From Synechococcus sp. (GTDB lineage: Bacteria > Cyanobacteriota > Cyanobacteriia > Thermostichales > PCC-7336): a DNA stretch of 64,000 nt. The stretch lies in assembly GCA_051439425.1 (NCBI GenBank), contig JBFRWD010000103.1:33031-97030 (forward strand), read 5' to 3'. Below the pieces are notes generated by a model. The model searched no databases. It saw only the letters and a program-made list of their open reading frames with translations, and was not told the origin of the DNA. Position 1 is the stretch's first letter. The number at the start of each line of letters is the position of its first letter. This document shows, piece after piece, positions 20,976 through 31,079 of the stretch. A program made the translations under genes and the position numbers.

Positions 20976-21758
20976 ATGTCTCATTCAAGTTCTGCTGCTT
21001 CCATTCGCGTTTTGGTAGTGGACGATCAAAAAATGATGCGTACAATCCTCAAGGATTATGTCGACTCGGCTGATGACATTGAGGTGGTGGGATTGGCGTC
21101 TAACGGTCGGGAAGGGGTTGAACAAGCGTTAGCCCTGCGACCAGATGTCGTGCTTATGGACATCGAGATGCCTGAGATGGACGGGATAAACGCAACTCAG
21201 CTGATAAAACGCAATGACTCAACAGCCAAGGTTTTGGTTGTCAGCACTAGTTATGAGGATCGCTATCTCGCGCAGGCACTACGCAATGGCGCCATGGGCT
21301 ACCTTTTAAAGACAACGTCGGCTGCAGACCTTGTGGCTGCCATTCGCGGGGTGTATGACGGCAACCTTCAGTTCGGTCGCGACGTATTACAGCGCGAACT
21401 TTGGAGTTCCACACCGAATGCCAAAAAGCTACCTAAACGGGTGGAATCAGCCATGGGTTCCGATACTCCGTTCGGTAACGGCAATGGTCATAATAGTTCC
21501 GGCCAGTTGGTTCTTGAAAACGACCGGAAGGTTTTAGCAGCAACCGAAGGGAGAATTCAAGCAACATCTGCTGCACCTGAAGCGGCCCCAGCACCTCAAG
21601 CTCCAAGCTCGATGAATCTCGCCTCTGAATTAATGCAAGTTCGGTCTGGGTACTGGGTACTAAAAACTGAAATGCAAATGCTTCGTCGATGGCTCGGCAG
21701 CATGATGATCGGTATTGGCGTTTGTATTTGCCTGACATTCATCGCCTTGTTTTACTAA
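20976..21758 (+). CDS. Response regulator, tandem paralogue of 19677..20558
   Basis: Highly similar receiver; shared LAxELxQxRxGYWVLxTExQxxRRWL tail followed by a TM. Confidence 0.85.
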   Translation: MSHSSSAASIRVLVVDDQKMMRTILKDYVDSADDIEVVGLASNGREGVEQALALRPDVVLMDIEMPEMDGINATQLIKRNDSTAKVLVVSTSYEDRYLAQALRNGAMGYLLKTTSAADLVAAIRGVYDGNLQFGRDVLQRELWSSTPNAKKLPKRVESAMGSDTPFGNGNGHNSSGQLVLENDRKVLAATEGRIQATSAAPEAAPAPQAPSSMNLASELMQVRSGYWVLKTEMQMLRRWLGSMMIGIGVCICLTFIALFY

Positions 21759-21845
21759 TGGGCTCTGGTGGACTGCGTGCCCCTAATGGAGTCTGTCGAC
21801 CGTACAACTTCATAGAAGTATTGTGATGTCATCTCACTGCATCGA

Positions 21846-21950
21846 TACAGCGATCGGTCATCTGCTATGGAGAGTCCACAATTCATACCTCTTACAATCC
21901 TTGGAGTTGAGCTGTCCCAGACGCTAGACTTTACAGCGGTGTTACTTATG
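21846..21950 (-). repeat. Dispersed about 100-bp element, family B, copy 2
   Basis: Shares the identical 25-mer AGCGATCGGTCATCTGCTATGGAGA with the 23046 copy; TTGAGxTGTC and ACAGC also conserved. Confidence 0.75.
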
Positions 21951-22234
21951 GAGACCATCGCTTGAGCCTTGACTCCGTCTGGAAGTGGGACAAATAGCGC
22001 CAGAGGATTCGGATCGTCACAACAGTTGGTTCGCTGGCTTCAAGGACGTTAAGACGAGGAGAGCCGGTCATACCAAGGCCGCAACAAAAGCACGTGAATT
22101 CTGCAACAAGTCATCCTCTTGAGGCGAGATGACCTTCGAAGAGGACGCATATCGGTTCGTTCATCAGCTCGACAGAGCAATTTGAGTTGAATAATCCCTT
22201 AGATGTGCAACAAAGCCATTAGGATTTGAACCCC

Positions 22235-22267
22235 CCAGTCCCTCTCCCAACATGGGAGAGGGACTGG
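22235..22267. repeat. Perfect 15-bp hairpin of the CCCTCTCCC/GGGAGAGGG type
   Basis: CCAGTCCCTCTCCCA-ACA-TGGGAGAGGGACTGG. Confidence 0.8.
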
Positions 22268-22726
22268 AGGTGCGGGTTATCGAAATCATGTCGTTCACCG
22301 CTCAAACAGAGGGCTGACTTGTCTTGTTGTTTTTGCATTTTGCAAGACCCTACATGCCCTAGAGGGGCAGAAGACATCGCATACAGTGTCAGCGTAAAAG
22401 TAATGGATCGGTGTAAAAGTAATGGGCGAGCGCTCGTCCGCAAGATCGTCGCCATCCCATACGCTGCTTGACTGTAATCTCCTCGAGGCCAACCACTCCC
22501 AGAAGCTTCCCTGGCAGACCAATGGAAATGCCAGACGAACGAGCGTGGCACAGCAGCCCCCCAAGCAATCCTTAAGGGTATTGGCGCTCGAACGCTCGTA
22601 TCAAGCACAAATAAACGATCGCCAAGAACACGCGACCATCAACTGCCCATTTCAGAAGCAAACTGAGACCACAATCGTTTGTTTTTGATATGAATAGGTT
22701 AGTGGGATTTCAGTTTACCTCAGACT

Positions 22727-22742
22727 TGTATCTATTGTTACG
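22727..22742. promoter_or_regulatory. Possible NtcA-type site (GTA-N8-TAC)
   Basis: TGTATCTATTGTTACG; no -10 at the canonical 22-nt spacing on either strand. Confidence 0.3.
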
Positions 22743-23005
22743 CATTGAACTATAAGTTCGTCCAGCTTTTCCGTGTCATTCGAAATTCAAGAACAAGCCA
22801 AGAGCTAGGAGAATGATTAATGAATACGGTGGCGAGCACAGCTTGAAATAATTTTGGATAGAAGCCGATTGAACCAAACAAAAAATATCATATTCGCGTT
22901 CAAAATACAATTTGTAGTTAAGGGTTTTCACGCAGGCCTCAAGAAAATAGGCATAGAATGAAACACTCGATAAGGCGATTTCCAATCATAAATAAAACCT
23001 AAAAA

Positions 23006-23044
23006 CTCACGTCATAACTAGCCACAAGCCAGTTATGACGTGAG
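23006..23044. repeat. Perfect 14-bp inverted repeat
   Basis: CTCACGTCATAACT-N11-AGTTATGACGTGAG; an A-run on the left would form a U-tail on the minus strand. Confidence 0.75.
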
Positions 23045-23045
23045 G

Positions 23046-23145
23046 TGTAGCGATCGGTCATCTGCTATGGAGACTTGTTTGCTTTTCCGGCCAGTCAACG
23101 CTTTGAGTTGTCGTTGCTCTCCAGCCCTCACAGCAGATTGCCATA
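23046..23145 (-). repeat. Dispersed about 100-bp element, family B, copy 3
   Basis: Reverse complement TATGGCAATCTGCTGTGAGGGCTGGAGA...TCTCCATAGCAGATGACCGATCGCTACA. Confidence 0.8.
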
Positions 23146-23745
23146 GTTTCGGCAAGGAAAGGCTTGTAACCCATCAAACAATTTCCGTCAGCACAGACTT
23201 GTAAAGTTTGGTAATGAGATATATCTAGACCGAGGTGATTTCAAATTAGCGACATATATCGAATTCGTTAGTGATATCGGACGTTCAATCATCTACCTAG
23301 AATGAATCGCTCGACACAGAAAACCAACTTTTGAATGTCTAGTATCGATGCAGATTGAATAAAAGTAAAAGCATTTGTAAAAATTCAGATTTAGCACGAC
23401 TAGGGCAAGACTTTTTCAATACAATGTTTTCAGGATTGGAGCAGAAAATCTATATGGAGTATGGGTTGTAAAGACTAAACGGTGCTATTTATGGTGCAGG
23501 TGCATAAGCAATCACTAAGTGCTAGAACGTTCAAGACGTGTAATGAACCTTCAACAATCGGTGGTTTTACTGTTTCGCATAGAGAGAGGGTTTGAAAGAT
23601 GTGAAGTAGACAGGTAGATAGCGGCAAAAGCCGTTTTTTTGATTAGTGGTATGTTGAGCTGGATGATCGTTGTTTCGGTTGAACTTGAGTTCGGCTGCAA
23701 CAATGTCTTCTTAGCTTGTTCGTTCTCCTCACACAAGTAAGACAG

Positions 23746-25014
23746 ATGGAACAAGTAAAGATTTTGAATTGTTCTCTAGATAACATCACTAGAGAATGGC
23801 TATTGGAAAAGCTGAGGTATGGCGGTTCAGTTTTTACACTGAACGTCGATCACCTTATGAAATTGCAAACGCATTCTGATTTCTATCGTGCCTATGCGTC
23901 AGCAACGTATCGAGTCTGCGACAGTCAAATCCTAAAGTTTGCGTTTCAATTAGTTGGGCAACCGATCCGTGAAAAAATCTCGGGATCGGATTTATTGCCA
24001 GCTTATATTGATTACTACCGTAACGATCCAAACGTCAAATTGTTTCTACTCGGAGCCGCTGAAGGTGTAGCAGAGGAAGTACAGCATCACGTCAATCAAC
24101 GCGCAAATAGAGAGATGGTTGTAGGCGTGTATTCTCCTTCTTATGGCTTTGAAGCCGATGAGATCGAATGTCAGCAAATTATCAATCGAATCGAGCGATC
24201 GCAAGCGACCACTTTAGTTGTCGGTTTAGGGGCACCGAAACAAGAGATCTGGATTCATCAGAATCGCCGAAAGCTGAAAACGGTTCGCACATTTTTGGCC
24301 ATTGGTGCTGGCTTAGACTTTCTGTCAGGCAATCAACAGCGATCGCCGCGATGGATGAGTAATTGTGGATTGGAATGGCTCTACAGACTGCTCAGCGAGC
24401 CAAAGCGTTTGTGGAAGCGGTATTTGGTCGAGAGCCTTCCCTTCTTCTGGCTGGTGCCACAGCAAGTAGTGGGTACCTATCGGTCCCCGAAGTTTGGGAC
24501 GGCAGAATTAGACCGGGCCACAGACATTGAGTCTACGAACAATACATTAGTTCGAGCAGGCTTACTAACCGAAGAGCAACTGGCAGTAGTTAGCTCGCAG
24601 CAGCAGGCTGACCCTCACCAAAGCATGGCAGACATTATTTCTGCCCAAGGGTGGCTTAAACAGCAAACCATAGATTTTTTCGTGAATGAGCTTCCACGGA
24701 TCGAAGGTGATATGCGCCAAAAGCCACTGGGAGTGTATTTAGTCGATGCCGGTTTGCTAAGTTCTATGCAACTAGCATTCCTCCTGCGGGATAAGCAACG
24801 ACATGGTGGCAATACTACTGGACGCTATTCCATAGGAGACCGTGTTGTCCAGAATGGTTGGATCGCTCGCAAAACGGTTGATTTCTTCCTCACGGAGGTT
24901 GCGCCAGATTGCGAATTGATTCCTTACGAAATCTTTGAGCGTCCTTCGATCGCTGATTTTTCAGGGCGGAGACGATTCCCCCGCACCCAGGGAATGGAAC
25001 GAGCAGCAACGTAG
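23746..25014 (+). CDS. WecB/TagA/CpsF (WecG, GT26) glycosyltransferase with C-terminal MshEN-like repeats
   Basis: TLNVDHL, KISGSDL, GLGAPKQE, GLEWLYRLLSEPKRLWKRYL; then LVRAGLLTEEQL and PLGVYLVDAGLLS repeats. Confidence 0.9.
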   Translation: MEQVKILNCSLDNITREWLLEKLRYGGSVFTLNVDHLMKLQTHSDFYRAYASATYRVCDSQILKFAFQLVGQPIREKISGSDLLPAYIDYYRNDPNVKLFLLGAAEGVAEEVQHHVNQRANREMVVGVYSPSYGFEADEIECQQIINRIERSQATTLVVGLGAPKQEIWIHQNRRKLKTVRTFLAIGAGLDFLSGNQQRSPRWMSNCGLEWLYRLLSEPKRLWKRYLVESLPFFWLVPQQVVGTYRSPKFGTAELDRATDIESTNNTLVRAGLLTEEQLAVVSSQQQADPHQSMADIISAQGWLKQQTIDFFVNELPRIEGDMRQKPLGVYLVDAGLLSSMQLAFLLRDKQRHGGNTTGRYSIGDRVVQNGWIARKTVDFFLTEVAPDCELIPYEIFERPSIADFSGRRRFPRTQGMERAAT

Positions 25015-25199
25015 CGTCTCAGGTTTTTGCGGACGGCTAGAGCGATCGGATGCCGTTTGTAAAACTTGTTTATCTTCCATGTACATTCATCCAGTCTGAA
25101 TATTTCAGGCACAAACAACGTAATCAAATAACGTCCGAACTCTAACTCTATAGAGTTTGGAAGCGCGGTCAAACATTGATCTATCAGGGGGTATTAATT

Positions 25200-25946
25200 G
25201 TGAAGAGCTTATTGTTTGTATTTGATGGCGTATTGACGCCATTTCGATTCAAGTATTCCGAGTTGTTCAAGACCACTTCAGCCTATTATTCCTCAAAGGA
25301 TGTTTCGGGAGCATTCGGTTCCTTTTGGTGCGATCGCTTACATCCTTCCACTCGATGTTGGAGAAAGCGGCTATTAGATATAGTTGGTAGCTTTATTGGG
25401 CTATCGATCTCAGCGATTATTTTTCTACCGATCGCCATTGCCATTCGATTGGATAGTCCGGGGTCGATTTTCTTTTCGCAGGTACGTTGTGGTCTTAACG
25501 GCAAGACGTTCAGACTGTGGAAGTTTCGCACGATGGTTGAAAATGCCGAAGCGATCAAAGCTTCGGTCGAGAATGAGGCAACGGGCTGTTTTTTCAAGAA
25601 CGAGTTCGACCCTAGAGTAACTCGGGTAGGGCATTTTTTACGAAAGACTAGCTTGGATGAACTACCTCAATTTTGGAATGTCCTGGTGGGAGATATGAGT
25701 CTTGTGGGGACTAGACCTCCAACAATGGACGAGGTCTCTCAATACCAGCCGCATCACTATAATCGGCTGTTAGTCAAGCCAGGAATTACTGGGGAGTGGC
25801 AAGTGCACGGACGATCGAGCGTGCGTGATTTTGAAGAAGTTGTAGAACTCGATCTGTCTTACCAGAAACGCTGGTCGATTTTGTACGACATGGTGTTGGT
25901 CCTGAAAACTGTCTGGGTGGTTTTTTTACGAAAAGGAGCCTGCTAA
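25200..25946 (+). CDS. Priming (undecaprenyl-phosphate) sugar transferase, Bac_transf family
   Basis: KRLLDI, KFRTM, DPRVTRVGHFLRKTSLDELPQFWNVLVGDMSLVGTRP, KPGITGEWQV; start uncertain. Confidence 0.92.
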   Translation: MKSLLFVFDGVLTPFRFKYSELFKTTSAYYSSKDVSGAFGSFWCDRLHPSTRCWRKRLLDIVGSFIGLSISAIIFLPIAIAIRLDSPGSIFFSQVRCGLNGKTFRLWKFRTMVENAEAIKASVENEATGCFFKNEFDPRVTRVGHFLRKTSLDELPQFWNVLVGDMSLVGTRPPTMDEVSQYQPHHYNRLLVKPGITGEWQVHGRSSVRDFEEVVELDLSYQKRWSILYDMVLVLKTVWVVFLRKGAC

Positions 25947-26532
25947 GCAGACGTATAGCATAAGGTATTAGGGCAATTTTCATGCAAAAAATTCGAAATC
26001 GAGGACATCCTCTTCTCCTTAGATTTAAATCACAGGCTCCATTTATGCTGTGCTCCTAGACAATACTTGATTTCATAGGTTGGCAGGTCTTGAAATCATT
26101 CTTAATGTCTTCGTTTCATGAGTATATCGTGCCGTAATTTAACTCAGTGACATTAGAAATCTAGGAGAAATAATGCGGCTTGAATTGAGTTATTCCATAT
26201 ACTTTATAGGAGTTAGAGCTGCCACAATGAAACATATAGATACAAAATAGAGCATCATCGAAGCTATCCTGAAAGATAGAATGCCTGACAACAAAAATTA
26301 TAGAAATTTTATCTATGATTTTTCCAGAGGAAGATGCCATTATTAGTTGCTCTCACTGTCTTGCTGTTTTGTTTTCTATATTTTGCTTGGTTTAAATCAA
26401 TGAAGTATGCCTGAAAAGTAGGCCTTGGTAAGAATATTTTCTTTGGGTTTAGTTTGTCAGACAGGAAAATGGACGGGCCTAAATTATGTTGCATAAGCCT
26501 TCCAGTCGCTGAAATCTACAAAGTTTGAAGTC

Positions 26533-27834
26533 GTGTTGAGGGATCGAGTTGTGAATGCGTTTGAGAGTTTGTCCACCGGGGTAAATTACCTGTTACTGAG
26601 TGGCGCATTGGTGGTGGGGCTGGCAACAATAGTCCTCATGCTGGAAGCATTAGCGGCTGTAGTCGCAACCGTCGAGAGAAAGCTAAAAGGCTCCTTTAAA
26701 GGGCGCGCGAACATTGAGGGGGCGAACTCGCCATTCAGTCTGGCAGTATTAATTCCGGCTCATAACGAAGCTGACAGCATCGCATCTGTGGTCAGTGAAG
26801 CTAAGCTGCAATTAACCACCGGCGATCGCCTCATTGTTGTGGCCGACAACTGTACAGATAAGACAGCAGATATTGCCCGTTCTTGCGGAGCCGAAACCAT
26901 TGAACGATGGGATTTGGAGCGGCGTGGCAAAGGATATGCGGTTGATTTCGGCGTTCAGTACTTGAGTGCAAGTCCACCAGAGATTGTGGTTATGTTGGAT
27001 GCCGACTGTCACATTAACGAGCAAGGGATTTCCCACATTGCTCAACTGGCCTACGAAACAGATAGACCGATTCAGGCGATGTACATACTCGACCCTCCTG
27101 TTCAAGAAGCGGGAAAAGGGGAAAATATCAGTCCGAAGACAGCCCTATCAGCCTTTGCGTTTCGGGTGAAAAACTATGTCCGTCCGTTTGGACTCAATCG
27201 CCTGGGAATGCCCTGCTTGCTGAACGGCACGGGGATGGCCATACCGTGGGATGGGTTAATTCAAGTTGACGTTGCCAGCGGAAATCTTGTTGAAGACATG
27301 AAGCTGGGCATCGATTTAGCCCTGAAGGGCTATGCGCCCCAATTTTGCGGTGATGTTCATGTAATTGGTACGTTGCCCGATCGCCAAGATGACGCCAAGA
27401 CTCAGCGTCGTCGTTGGGAACACGGTCATCTCATCACCATGCTGACGGATGTTCCTCGCTTATTGGTGGCTGCCTTGAAGCAGGGGCGATTCGACCTATT
27501 GGCATTGGCACTTGAAGTCAGCATCCCACCTTTATCGCTATTAGTCCTACTGTGGGCTGCACTAGCGGCGATCGCTAGCGGATGGTCGGTATTTCTGGGG
27601 ATCGGCTGGCCGATGCTGCTGTTAGGGGGGATCGGGGGATGTCTGATTGTGGCTGTGTTGGGAGGTTGGGTGCTGGTTGGCCGTCAAATTATGCCCTTTA
27701 AGATGCTGCTGTCCGTACCGCTCTACATTTTGTGGAAAATCCCGCTGTATGTCGGATTTGTCGGGAAGCGGGAACGGCGCTGGGTACGGACAAAGCGTGC
27801 CTCAGAAGTCACGGCAGTAGCCAATCCCGAATAG
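26533..27834 (+). CDS. GT2 glycosyltransferase with TM helices
   Basis: LIPAHNE, ADNCTD, GKGYA, LDAD, VED, QRRRW. Confidence 0.9.
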   Translation: MLRDRVVNAFESLSTGVNYLLLSGALVVGLATIVLMLEALAAVVATVERKLKGSFKGRANIEGANSPFSLAVLIPAHNEADSIASVVSEAKLQLTTGDRLIVVADNCTDKTADIARSCGAETIERWDLERRGKGYAVDFGVQYLSASPPEIVVMLDADCHINEQGISHIAQLAYETDRPIQAMYILDPPVQEAGKGENISPKTALSAFAFRVKNYVRPFGLNRLGMPCLLNGTGMAIPWDGLIQVDVASGNLVEDMKLGIDLALKGYAPQFCGDVHVIGTLPDRQDDAKTQRRRWEHGHLITMLTDVPRLLVAALKQGRFDLLALALEVSIPPLSLLVLLWAALAAIASGWSVFLGIGWPMLLLGGIGGCLIVAVLGGWVLVGRQIMPFKMLLSVPLYILWKIPLYVGFVGKRERRWVRTKRASEVTAVANPE

Positions 27835-27891
27835 CAACAATTTGCATAAACGGTCTCTCTCCTTTAAGTAGCCCCTAACCCCAGTACAACC

Positions 27892-29280
27892 ATGGCATCT
27901 TCCTTCGCCAGGCTGAGCAACGTAGCATCTAATTTCTCGCTCAAGAGCGCTGCTGTGCGTGGTGGGCTGTGGACGATTGCGGCATTTGGTTCTCAACAGG
28001 TGTTGAGATTTGGCGGCAACATTGTCTTGACTCGGCTACTAGTACCCGAATTTTTTGGGTTGATGGCGCTAGTCAACTCAATGCGCATCGGCTTGGAGTT
28101 ATTCTCTGATGTTGGGATCTCCCACAATATCGTCCACAGTCCGCGGGGGGATGACCCGAAATTTCTGAATACGGCGTGGAGTCTGCAGATTATCCGAGGA
28201 GTGATGCTGTGGATGGCCTGCTGGGCGATCGCTCGACCGTTGGCAGACTTTTACGACAGTCCTCAGCTAGTTGCGTTGGTTCCAGTGGTCTGTTCAACCA
28301 TGCTGCTAGCAGGGATGAGTTCGACTAAGCGCTATCTGCTCAACCGCAGAATGTCTCTAGGGAAGGTAACCGCATTAGAGTTAAGCCAGCAACTGGTGTC
28401 ATTGGTGGCAATGATTGCTTGGGCTGTATTCCATCCCAGTGTCTGGGCATTAGTCGCAGGATCGGTGGCAGGAGGAATATATAAGCTCCTCTCTACTCAT
28501 TTTCTCATTCCTGGTAGGCCTGACCGGTTGGGCTGGGATAGCAGTGCCGTTCGCGAAATTGTGTCCTTTGGAAAGTGGGTGTTCATCGCCTCAATCGCGA
28601 TGTTTTTAGCCGAGCAAACCGATCGCTTTTTTCTCGGCAAGCTGCTGTCACTAGAGACCTTGGGGGTGTTTACCATTGCGTTTACGCTGGCGGAAATTCC
28701 CAAGCGGATTTTGAAGCGAATTGGTACGGCTGTGATTTTTCCGCTGGTATCGCGACGGTCTCAGATGCCGCGCCAGCAATTGCGACAGGTGTTTTTAGCG
28801 AAGCGTCAATTTGTCTTAGCAGGAGTGATGGTATTACTGCTGCTGTTAGTGGGGGGGGGGGATGTGCTGGTGAGCTTTTTGTATGACGATCGCTATCGCG
28901 CTGCCACCTGGGCTCTGCCCATTTTGGCTTTGGGGGCATGGCTGTCTGCGCTGTACTGCACCAGTAGTCCCTGTTTATTGGGAATTGGCAAACCTTACTA
29001 TAACGCCCTCAGTAATGGTGCGCGGTTCATCGCGATTCTGGTGGGGATTCCGGTGGGATTTCACGCCTTCGGACAAGTTGGGGCGATTGTGGCAATTGCG
29101 CTCAGCGATGTGCCCACCTACCTGACGAACCAGCGGGGGTTGTGGAAGGAGCAGCTATCAACGATTCGACAGGATTTGGCGTTCACTCTGATGTTTGCTG
29201 TTTTACTGGCGCTTGTGCTCGTGCTCCGTTTTGCTTGGTGGGGATCGCTACCGATTGACGCTTTGTGGGTTGCAGCCTGA
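27892..29280 (+). CDS. wzx: Oligosaccharide flippase (Wzx)
   Basis: LTRLLVPEFFGLMAL, FSDVGI, FGKW, DRFFLGKLLSLETLGVF; many TMs. Confidence 0.88.
   Translation: MASSFARLSNVASNFSLKSAAVRGGLWTIAAFGSQQVLRFGGNIVLTRLLVPEFFGLMALVNSMRIGLELFSDVGISHNIVHSPRGDDPKFLNTAWSLQIIRGVMLWMACWAIARPLADFYDSPQLVALVPVVCSTMLLAGMSSTKRYLLNRRMSLGKVTALELSQQLVSLVAMIAWAVFHPSVWALVAGSVAGGIYKLLSTHFLIPGRPDRLGWDSSAVREIVSFGKWVFIASIAMFLAEQTDRFFLGKLLSLETLGVFTIAFTLAEIPKRILKRIGTAVIFPLVSRRSQMPRQQLRQVFLAKRQFVLAGVMVLLLLLVGGGDVLVSFLYDDRYRAATWALPILALGAWLSALYCTSSPCLLGIGKPYYNALSNGARFIAILVGIPVGFHAFGQVGAIVAIALSDVPTYLTNQRGLWKEQLSTIRQDLAFTLMFAVLLALVLVLRFAWWGSLPIDALWVAA
28851..28861 (+). repeat. G11 homopolymer inside wzx
   Basis: GTG GGG GGG GGG GAT, currently in frame. 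Confidence 0.9.
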
Positions 29281-29388
29281 GGCTGGCGACTGCGGTTCGA
29301 TTGGCACAACGGCTTTAGCAAACGTCTTTAGACACGTAGTCCAGCTCGTGGTTTTCCAGTCAGGTATATGTGATTTGGAGCATCGAAC

Positions 29389-29800
29389 GTGAACTTACAG
29401 AAGCTCAAATCTAGATATCTACGCACGAAGTGGGTGTTGCAATCTCCGATGTGGATCGCCATCTGGAGCGAGCACGTGAATTTCCTGTGGTACGGCACCA
29501 AAAACTGGTGGGATGCTCTCAATCCAGTCCTGATTAAGTTGTTGTCGGGGCGCAAAGCCAGCCCCAAGCCATTGGAGCGATGCGCGGTTCCCTTACTGCT
29601 GCTCGCGTGCGTGCCTTGGGGGGGGATTGTCCCGACGTTGATGGCGTCCTGCCCAGCGACTGCCGCGTTTCTATCGTCCAGTTGTTCGGAAGCGCGATCG
29701 CTTGGGGATCGTGCCTCACTATCTCGCTCGCAGCGCTCCAGTGTGGTTGGAAATTTCGCAGCGAATTCTGAGGATTGGAAGCTTGCCTATTTTCCCAAGC
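29389..29800 (+). pseudogene. Polysaccharide pyruvyl transferase pseudogene
   Basis: Family motifs split over three frames: NWWDALNPVLIKLLSG / AMRGSLT..ALGGDCPDVDG / PAQRLPRFYRP..RLGIVPHY; internal and C-terminal parts missing; end approximate. Confidence 0.75.
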
Positions 29801-29878
29801 CAACCGATCGTCATCCGTCCCGACGGCCAGCCTTTATTAGTTCTCCCGCTCACTTGCTCTGCACTTAAGGTACCTTCC

Positions 29879-31012
29879 GTGACAGCAATTGCTATTGGCA
29901 TCCTGGCTCACAATGAAGAGCAGACCATTGCTCGTACGCTAGAGTCGCTGTTCTCCCAGTCTATTTTTTTTCCTGCGGCTCCTAGCAGGAAGTCTCCTGT
30001 AGCTCCTACTGACTCAGCTCCGGCTCTAACAGTGCCCGAGCAAGATACAACCGAGCCACTGTCACATCGACTGTCTGATGTGACAGTGGACCTTACGATT
30101 GTGGCGAACGGCTGCCGAGATCGCACGGTAGACGTTTGCCGGGAGACACTGGCACGTTTGACGGTCGGTCTATCGACCGAGATGCTGTCGTGGCAGGTGC
30201 AGGATGTACCCGAAGCTGGGAAGAGCAACGCCTGGAATCTATTCGTGCATCGCTATTCATCACCTCAGGTGGATTACCTGTGTCTAATGGATGCGGATAT
30301 TGAGTTTTTGCAGCCGGACACGATCGAACGGGCGATCTCCCACTTGCAGCAGCATCCCGAAACTAGGGTGGCAACGGATTTGCCACTCAAGGATATTGCT
30401 CTGAAGCCATCTCGGGGCGTTTTGGAGCGAGTATCTCTGCTAGCTCCGGAGCCGAAATCTAGCGCCATCTGCGGCCAGTTTTATTGCGGACGTGCCAGTG
30501 CCTTGCGGCACATCTGGATGCCTAAAGGATTGCCAGTGGAAGATGGGTTTATTCGGGCGATGGTCGTGACCGCTTGCTTCACGGAACCTGGGAAGCCGGA
30601 GCGGGTGCAACGGGTGGAGGGGGCGTCCCATCGATACGAAGCCTATGTCGGATTGCTGCCATTGTTGCGGCACGAGTACCGACTGGTGGTAGGGGTTTTG
30701 CTGAATTCAGTGTTATTCCGGCACTTTTGGGCCACCAGCACCCCTGCATTGGATGCGGCTCAGATGGTTCGTAACTATAACGAGCGCGATCCCAATTGGG
30801 TGCCGCAATTCTTAATCGACCGGGCTCGTCAGGCACCCTTCGGGTGGCTGGTACCGTCTGGCATGCTCTTTCGCCGCTTTCAGTCGCGGCGACCAGGGGG
30901 ACCAGCAGTGCTGCGCTGGTTGTTGGCTTTGGGGTTGTTCGCAGTCGACGCCTTCTTGATGGTGCGGGCCAACCGTCAGGTGCAGCAGGGGCGCGGAGTG
31001 GGCCTCTGGTAG
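29879..31012 (+). CDS. GT2 glycosyltransferase
   Basis: IGILAHNEE, ANGCRD, GKSNAWN, LMDAD, VEDG; start reassigned to GTG 29879 because upstream codons belong to the pseudogene. Confidence 0.85.
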   Translation: MTAIAIGILAHNEEQTIARTLESLFSQSIFFPAAPSRKSPVAPTDSAPALTVPEQDTTEPLSHRLSDVTVDLTIVANGCRDRTVDVCRETLARLTVGLSTEMLSWQVQDVPEAGKSNAWNLFVHRYSSPQVDYLCLMDADIEFLQPDTIERAISHLQQHPETRVATDLPLKDIALKPSRGVLERVSLLAPEPKSSAICGQFYCGRASALRHIWMPKGLPVEDGFIRAMVVTACFTEPGKPERVQRVEGASHRYEAYVGLLPLLRHEYRLVVGVLLNSVLFRHFWATSTPALDAAQMVRNYNERDPNWVPQFLIDRARQAPFGWLVPSGMLFRRFQSRRPGGPAVLRWLLALGLFAVDAFLMVRANRQVQQGRGVGLW

Positions 31013-31079
31013 CACCGAATTAGCCTGCTACGTCTAGTTTTTCCGCACCGCTTGTTCCCAGCCATCAATTCATCCCGGT

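Noticed and set aside
21849..23073. 25-bp direct repeat as attL/attR of a 1.2-kb insertion
   Set aside because: Both copies are arms of longer family B elements that also occur elsewhere
29702..29878. N-terminal extension of the GT2 ORF
   Set aside because: It is the last fragment of the pyruvyltransferase pseudogene; a better start is GTG 29879
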